Positions 56,001 through 64,000 of a stretch of DNA of 64,000 nt are shown one piece after another. Below the pieces are notes generated by a model. That model was not told the DNA's origin, did not search any database, and saw only the letters and a list, made by a program, of their open reading frames with translations. The DNA comes from Tubulanus polymorphus (Eukaryota; Animalia; Nemertea): assembly GCF_964204645.1 (NCBI RefSeq), contig NC_134025.1:2728001-2792000 (forward strand), written 5' to 3'. Both the position numbers and the translations under genes were made by a program. The first letter of the stretch is position 1; every line of letters begins with the position of its first letter.

Positions 56001-59000
56001 GTTACATAAAATTCATTGACGCCGGTACGAATTGCTATACGATACATTAAATTAATAATCTATCAATATGTATATATATATCTAATCGTCAAATCTTGAA
56101 AATCTCGAAAATATTGAAATTTCAACAGTCATATAAATAATCTAAGATCATCTAAATGGCTCAAATAGATTGAAAGATAATTGTTGACGGTTGAATTGGT
56201 CCATCTTCTTCGTTGAAGTTCATCAGCAATTACGGCTCCAGGGTCAGTTGGTGCTACATCGATAAGTAAGTTCATACAGTACAGAAAATTTATTGATGCA
56301 ACAAAATTATGGAGAAGCTGCTGTGGGACGTCAAAAATGTTGTTCAATCATTTCATGGTCGTGCGAGATTTCAGCCTTGACCAAATTCGGTTTTCGTATC
56401 TAGTCTACTAGACGTCGGAACTGATAACCGAAAGCGCTTAATTTCCGAACTATTTCCGGAATATAGTTCCGACTAACTGAAATTTGGTTTCGCTTATTTC
56501 GACTATAGTCCTCTAATAACCGAAGTTGGCCCATGATGTGATCAAAGATGGAGACAAGTGCCCCGGTATCCAAGAGGGCTAACTACACCGTGTTTGTTGC
56601 TTGAACTTTTAGTTCGTTAATAATCAATGATAGTCACAAAGCAGCATCACCTCATTGGTCACTCCTGAACATTCTGTGTCGGATTTACTGTCGTGTCACC
56701 GTTCAAATTATTCGCCGATGTTTTGAATACTTTATCACTTTGATGAGCGATCATAACAGCATGTATATATCTAGATATATACAGGTCATGAAGGTGAACC
56801 ACAGAATAGTTATGTATATACAAAATTACAGATTTATGAAGGAAGTCAGTCATGTAAGTATATATACGTATCGACTGCTCATCGACTCTCTAACATAACT
56901 CTAGGGATTTGCTTCGATACACTTGATAACCACGAGTTACAAGTATTTCGTACGGATTTGTTAATGAATTTAATTAATTTGGTTAATTTAGCTGAAGATA
57001 TCGCTGATGTGGTTATGAATAGTAGCCAGTTGTAATTGAGACACTTCTGCTGCCGGAAGATACTTTGGCTGCACGATATCGGATATCAGCTCTAGCTCTA
57101 TGATATTACTCATCGGGAAATAGTGGACATCGGAAATTGAACGAAGCGTGAAAATGGGGGAACATGAGACAATATCTTGGAATGCCGGCTCAGTGTGTTC
57201 ATAGTGATTCTCACGTTGGAAGCTTGTCAAGCCAAACCCGCTCGCTAATGCCCACTTATCTATGACGAATTTCCGCTCATAGAATTTTTTGAAAAGTCTC
57301 CTGAAATTTCCAATATATACATATGTTTATCTGACAGGCATATATATCTATATACCCTCGTATAGTGAAAGTTCAAATGTTATTATAGAAACAAAAGATA
57401 TTTCGTAAAATAGCATTATAGATTGGCAAACCGCCAAATAGTAAGCAAATATTTGAAGTGATTCCCCGGTTTGAAAAAAAGTAATTTAAGTATCGCTTTA
57501 GCAAAATAGTTACACGTGTTACGGAAAACATCGAAAGGATGTGGACTGTTTTTGAGTGGAAACACACAGATGCTGTTCGAAGAAGTAACGAATAAATATG
57601 GCTTCTTTGTCTGTATTTCTGTATTCTATTGTTATTCTCTTATTCCATTAATTCCATGGTTTACCTCCGCGTCAATTCGTATATCAGATGGCAGTAATAG
57701 CTAATCAATTCAAGGCGGTTTGGCTCCAAGAGTTTTCGCTGAATTTCCAGGTTTCCTGATATGTAGGTACTTTTATACGATGATAGATGCCATTGAATTT
57801 TGGAGGGTCCATAAGTTCTACAGCTGCGATTCAATTAGTACAATTCATACAGTGCTTACAACAACTTCCTGCGAATTCTAACTGATCCTTCACTCACTAA
57901 CGATTGATCTCAAGCGTTTTTTTCACCACTTTCGTCCTGAAATTTTCAGTCATTACTATTCAAGAATTGCGATGAACAGGCGTTTGCACGCGATAATTGT
58001 GCTAAAATAATTGTCAATATTTTGTACGACCATAAGGGATTACGTATTATAATTTAGTGCACATAAATTCACCCATGAACAAGAAACATATTGCATTTTA
58101 TCTATATGTTCGAATCGAAGTTAAAACAATCTACAAAGCGGTAACGGCTATGGTTGCAAATATTTATTGGTTTGTATTATGATTAGGGCCTAACGTTCGT
58201 TCCCCGGGTCGTAGTAGCTTATCAACAGTTCGTGCGTTTCAAATCACTTTTGACGGACATATTTACTAGATATTGTCTATAGTCAAACCGTACTGAAATC
58301 GTATGATATCTTTGAAGCCACATCGATCAGCCCCATTCTGATTGCACGTTTGAAGTTCCTTTTTGCTGGTTGGCATTTATCTATTCACGCACAGCGAAAT
58401 ACAGATGATTTTCATAAATAGAGCGTTGATCAAGACATTTTGTTGTCCTTGAATATCTAACTCTCGTGCACACGCATGCTGTTATACAATTTATTTCACC
58501 TTAAATTCCTGTTGTAGCCCTCCCGGGCAGTTATTTACCCATTTCAAAAGATAATTGGTTACACCCAACGTAAGCAAGCAAACAAAATTTTCTCTTCGAC
58601 ACGTATTTTTCCGACAAATTATACTGGATATTTCTAAACGCATTAGCAGTGAAAAGTGCACAATTCTTTTTATCGTTTTCACCAATATACTTGAGTGCTA
58701 TAACGAACGTGGTATGAATAAAATATCAATCGTGTATACGATTCAATTCCTGAAAAATTTCAGCTGCTTTAGTTCGATATCTGACGGGTGGAGAATACTT
58801 CAATCTCAAAATCGGTTAAATTCGATAGAAATCACAAGTGGTCTTATTTGAATTGTGTCTGTTAAGGAACAGTGTGTTCAAACAAATTGATTCGTATATG
58901 TCAAGAAATATCATTTTCATTACTTGTGAAGTGGCCTGTACTTTTTCTATAGACGAAATGTAGCAAAATGACTAGTTGAAGGATCTGTAGCTGGATTAGT

Positions 59001-62000
59001 TCCAAATGATGTATTAAAGCCGTTGAAACGATGCCAGCCGCACTTATTTTTCTTTCGGCTTCGTATCTTTTAGTAAAGCTCTCCAATGTCGATAGATCCC
59101 CAGATAATCCAGAATATTGTGGCATCCAGCTGATTTAGTTCATTGCGAATACACCGCAGGTGATCAGACCAGCTATAAATTGCGCCAGTAATCTGAATCT
59201 ACCTGTCAGCTAGCGGATTTGTAATCGTCAACCTTACCCGCTGGCCTTGACTTGCGCTACTAAACTACCGTAGTAATTATTCGTCGAATGGGAGGCGTAG
59301 CTAATAGATTTTATACACGCTGAAAGATTTAAAAGCGACATAAACTTAGAATATAAAGATAAAACGAATCGTCGGTATTTCCACGATGTTAGCTATTCTA
59401 CGCCGACTGGTAGTTACATATTTCTTGAACCTGTGATTAATTGGAGTTGATGTTTAGAGTAAAATTAACAGAACATCGGACTTCACATACACGATACGTT
59501 TTTGAAACCCTTGAAGTTGAGGGGAATACAACTCTCGAACACGCTCAAAAACACGAAGGGCTTTGTTGTCAGTGACATGAAAACAAAGTTTGTTTGCGTT
59601 TTGCGTTTACTGCAACAAATATTTTCTTCAACAATCTCTTGAACGTAGATTCGAAAGTACGTTTACGGATATTCAGCTATACGTCGGCTAATAAGCCAGT
59701 TCTAATGATACACTACTCAATAGCAGGCAGCCTTTTCAATTATTAAACATAGCTGGAAGATGTCGGGAACTGCAGGAAGTGGATCATTTGCTCCCTTGTC
59801 TTAATCATATTAACCTGGTATTCTACGAGGATATAGAACAACCAACACCGAAACTCTTTCACCTGCAGCCCTGCTCTACAACAAACAAAGTTACCTCCAA
59901 TTTGTATAAACATAGAATCAAGTTCTTTTAATTTGTATATATAGGAATTACGCCATGTATTTTTACTTCCATATGAAAAGATTCTGGTGTTGTTTCATGG
60001 TTTAAGATCTCATTCAGTCCGTTTCTCCATAAACGCCATGTTAAAGTATTCAGTAGTATGAATAATGCACTATCAGTAAATTGGTTATTTAGCTGAAAAT
60101 CTATTCAACATATAGTTTATTTATTCATACTCCATTGGGGCGTTAAATTCATGACGACGTAAATAAGTTGGAAAGATGGGATGCGTCGTGGATCTCTCAG
60201 GCATAATCAGATCACAGATGAAATTCTTGCTCGTGGAGATAAGCTTCATAAACGTGGTATAGTCAGGCAAAATATTGCTCAAGTATTCAATATACCACGC
60301 AAAGCTGTCTAATGCATTCTTCGTGTATTAGGAAACCAACCAAATACAGATAAACATCAGGCGTCGCCTTAAACAGAGTCATGATGGAAAAGCATTGCTG
60401 CAAAGCTCTGAAGCTGCAATTATCACATATTTATCCTTCTTTCTGAGAATTCTTTTCATATCTCACTTATTACATATATACGTATATACAAGTATATGTA
60501 CCCCGATTGACGATGGTAAGCGGCGATAATGACGGTCGTCGGGGAGAAAATAGAGTCTTCAGATTTTTACATGACTTTTCGAACGTGAGCTGTTGTGAGC
60601 TGAATGCATTTTGATAGGGAAGCGAAAGGATTTATTTACACGCACATGGAGACATCAGGTCGCGTTTACATCGATTTCAGGTGTCACCCGAATCCAAGCT
60701 TCTAAAGTGACGTTGAACGAATCTAATTACAAGCATTCACCAGAGAAATCGTGACGAAGACCTATTAATTAAAGGACTAATGATCTACATATGTTGCAGC
60801 ACAATTTGCCCAGATCATCATAGACCTGTACAACAACATTATCGGATGACAGCAGGTTTTAACACGTCATACAAGGCCATAAATGTTAGTGTGATTCTTT
60901 TTTCTGACCATAAACACGGATCACTATATGACCTAATGCGTCCTCTAAGTGATGCTTTTTATTTTCGAGAAGCCATCATCTTATCACTTGTCACATATTT
61001 AGAATATTGCTTCCTTTTTCTGCCGGTTCTGCACCGAAAGTATCCGCATTTAACGGAAGATGGTCACATTATGGGTCAATTTGTCATTCTTAAGTGCAAT
61101 TCGGGAATTAGATGAGTACACGCGTGAAGTGGATTGATATGCAAACGAAACGTGCCTTTTCTACGCTAAGATATGATGATCATAAACTGGAGAAGTGGAT
61201 GATGCAGCGTGAGGCCTCTAGTGAAGTCACGAGTTCTGTCGACAAATATAACTGATAAGGCAACTCACAAAACCTTCTATTTTGATAAACGTATCATTGT
61301 GTTTACTTTACTGAATACATTCCACCCAACGCAAAACATTATAATGTCGGATATAGTAAAATAAACGTGTAATGATACATTTTGACAGTGTGTCGAAATA
61401 CGTCACGAGTAACTGGTGACATTGGGTCGTTTTGCTTGGGCGTAAATCAGCTTGGCGCTCGGCCGAGTGGTTTGGGTCTTGATTTCATTTCTCTCGATAT
61501 GAATCGATTACTTCTTTTTTGTTTTTACCGACCCGTTACCCCAAAAAGGTACGAATTTAGGGCGGAATTAAGCTCACCGAAACCAGGCGAAAATGTTCGT
61601 AAGTGTCACCCTCATCAAATTCATTAGAATATAACGGAATTTTACTGTTCCTTTTACTTCTACATTGCAAACAATCCAGATTGAGGGTCTCGCGTGGAGA
61701 AAATTATCATTTCATAAATTCTAGTTATCCCATATCATACGGAAAGTAATACTCAAATAATCGTGTTACAAATCAGCGATTTCTGTTGCGCCGGACCGTT
61801 AAAAATAGAAAAAATGTAGTATAAAGTTGACCTTGAAAGGAATAAAAAAAAAAGATTACTGTGACGGAAGGACTATCATTTCCTGAAGCTTGCTGCGAGG
61901 GCATCAAAGATCTCGCGGGCATTAACTTATACGCTTCATCTTAGCTAATTTCCACCTCGATCGTGTCACTGACACGCTATACGTTCTTCGGGGTAAATTA

Positions 62001-64000
62001 TTACAGACATCATTAGCCACATCACGAGGACGATACCAGTTATTTTTTGTCGTCCATCGTCGTCTCCCGAGATGGTGATTATGTTTTCTAAATTATATCT
62101 GTCTATCTGAGAGTAAATGGTATTGTTGATTCCGAAATAGAAGAAGAACCTATGATGTCTAAATGAAAACTGATCGAGTGTCACAGCATCATTTCCATCA
62201 GAAATAATGGGGGTTTCATCTTTAACACTCATCATGAGATTGTTGAGCGAAGCAAAAAATTACAGTCTCTTAACCCGGAAAATGTCCCCTTCATAGCGCT
62301 GTCGAACATGTGCTGTAAACTGCAAAAATGATCTCGAAACAAAAGAGTTTCTACTTTTTCAGCTGTCACTTGATCAAACAACCAGATGTTGAACAATAAT
62401 TATTTAATCCTACTTTGGTAACGAGACAACCGCTTACATCAAGCACTAGCGATTCAATAATGATAGTTCAGTTAATGGACAGCTAGAAAATATATTCGAT
62501 ACCTAAAAGTAAAAGAGGACATTTAATGTAGTAGATGGATGATATAGGGTTTTACCGTTAATTCTATTAGTTAGAAAAGATAGCCATATTGTATTGAATT
62601 TACTTCGAATTCAAATGATCAATTTTCTTGGCATATGCAATTAATGCCGCGATTCTTCTTTGATGATTTGTTCGACGCGTTACCGAGAATAATGCCTTAT
62701 TCATAGACATGTTTAGCTGAAATAATTACGGGGCCAGTTCTTCGATGGTTTTTTTCCCGCTCACGAATCGATAAATAATGAACACAGAATAAAGCCTCAG
62801 ATGTTGCCAAGGCCTTTAACTTCAAGATCCGATATATGTATATAAAGATGAACCAGACCTGCTATTTTGGGGTAAAATCAATTCCATCATTAGGAAGCGT
62901 TTCATTACGATTTATCATGTATTTACGTATAATGTACAAGCGATGGCCAACCAAGGCTTTATGGCATAAAAAGGTGCATACCGTGTATATAAAAAGTATG
63001 CATAAAGCCCGCTAAGCCATGATTTAAAAGACCAGTCTCCCTGATGATCCTAGACTAAGCCGTGTCTGTAAGTAAACGTATTAACTGTAAGTCGTATACT
63101 TCAAGACAATCCACGGCGCCTGGATATTCTAAGCATAGATTAAAATCTGATCAATCTTAATTTCTTACGCGTTATTTGAGTTGACAGGATGAGTGCCGTT
63201 TGCAGGTACTTTCATGCGAGTAAGCTGAAATCTGAGGCTGCAATGATGTTGATGGATAAAATGCCGGTAATTGTTTGTTCAAGGTTTGCTTTGATGACAT
63301 GGAGATTGTTGCCAGTAATGGACACTAGAGATTATGGGATAAGCTATCGGCGTCTCCCTGGAAAATGCAAATATGGTAATCGCGAAGTATCGATGATATC
63401 TTTGGTTCGAAGCACGCATTGACACTAAACATTAGGGACGCGTGATATGGTTTTTAGAATTCACAGCGAAGAATGACCTAAGGATGTGGAGAATGTTATC
63501 TCGCAGTAACCATTCTGACTTAAAATAATGCTGCAGGGTGTAACCCTCTCACTCTCTCTCCTTCTCTTATTGAAACAACCTTCAATGTTGTCTCTCTCTC
63601 TCTCGTTCTCTCTTAGCATTCAACTTTCATTCTGCATGTGTGCCTGTAACCTTGAAACAAGTGTCATCGACTCACAGTTTTCTCGATTAGTCTAAAGCGT
63701 AAAATCGAATCTCGAGTTGTATTGTTGTTTGAAGATATATCTGTGAGTTTATGTATACCTATAATTCAACGTGGACCTGATAAAATGTATTCCACAACGG
63801 ATATTTTCATTCGATTGGAACACATACTCATTATTCAGTCTTCCGGCCATAAATCTTCCCTAATGATGTTCTTCCAGAATAGATGATCCCTTCCCTGTTA
63901 CTGGTCTCACTTGCTCCCTGAACTAATGGCCTCCATCCATCCAAAAATAATGACTTCTGCAAACCTCATTACTGCTAAAATAACTATGGATGATGTACAT

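Noticed and set aside
56129-59125. Short ORFs with protein-like composition (56129-56347, 58901-59125)
   Set aside because: No recognisable domain and no convincing phase-compatible splice partners.
63041-63080. CTGATGA box (also at ~9854, and on the minus strand at ~13911 and ~18026)
   Set aside because: No properly spaced stem II plus GAAAC-NUH, so these are chance 7-mers.

Overview
AT-rich animal (invertebrate-like) genomic DNA with short GT-AG introns. The ORF track only shows exon fragments, so I rebuilt four spliced genes by hand. They are an estrogen-related receptor ERR/NR3B (+, CDS 5864-8940, 6 exons, ~465 aa), Rab4 (-, 15805-18585, 7 exons, 211 aa), NBR1 (+, 19165-26512, 20 exons, ~974 aa, head-to-head with Rab4), and a ~275-aa Ser-rich protein with a DSGxxS degron and an RPSLDFEKMQ motif (+, 30741-33725). 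From ~38 kb to the end I found no recognisable coding exons. The most striking non-genic signal is a family of short (190-300 bp) insertions that each carry a minimal type-I hammerhead ribozyme. Three copies share one architecture: TSD (11-13 bp), inverted arm, hammerhead, arm, 32-40 nt tail, TSD. They lie in an ERR intron, an NBR1 intron and at 44 kb; a fourth, degenerate copy is at 53 kb. They resemble the termini of Penelope-like retroelements. The window also holds several MITEs (piggyBac-, Harbinger- and MULE-like, the last with tRNA-like B boxes in its TIRs), a 108-bp tandem duplication and a 766-bp (AC)n tract.
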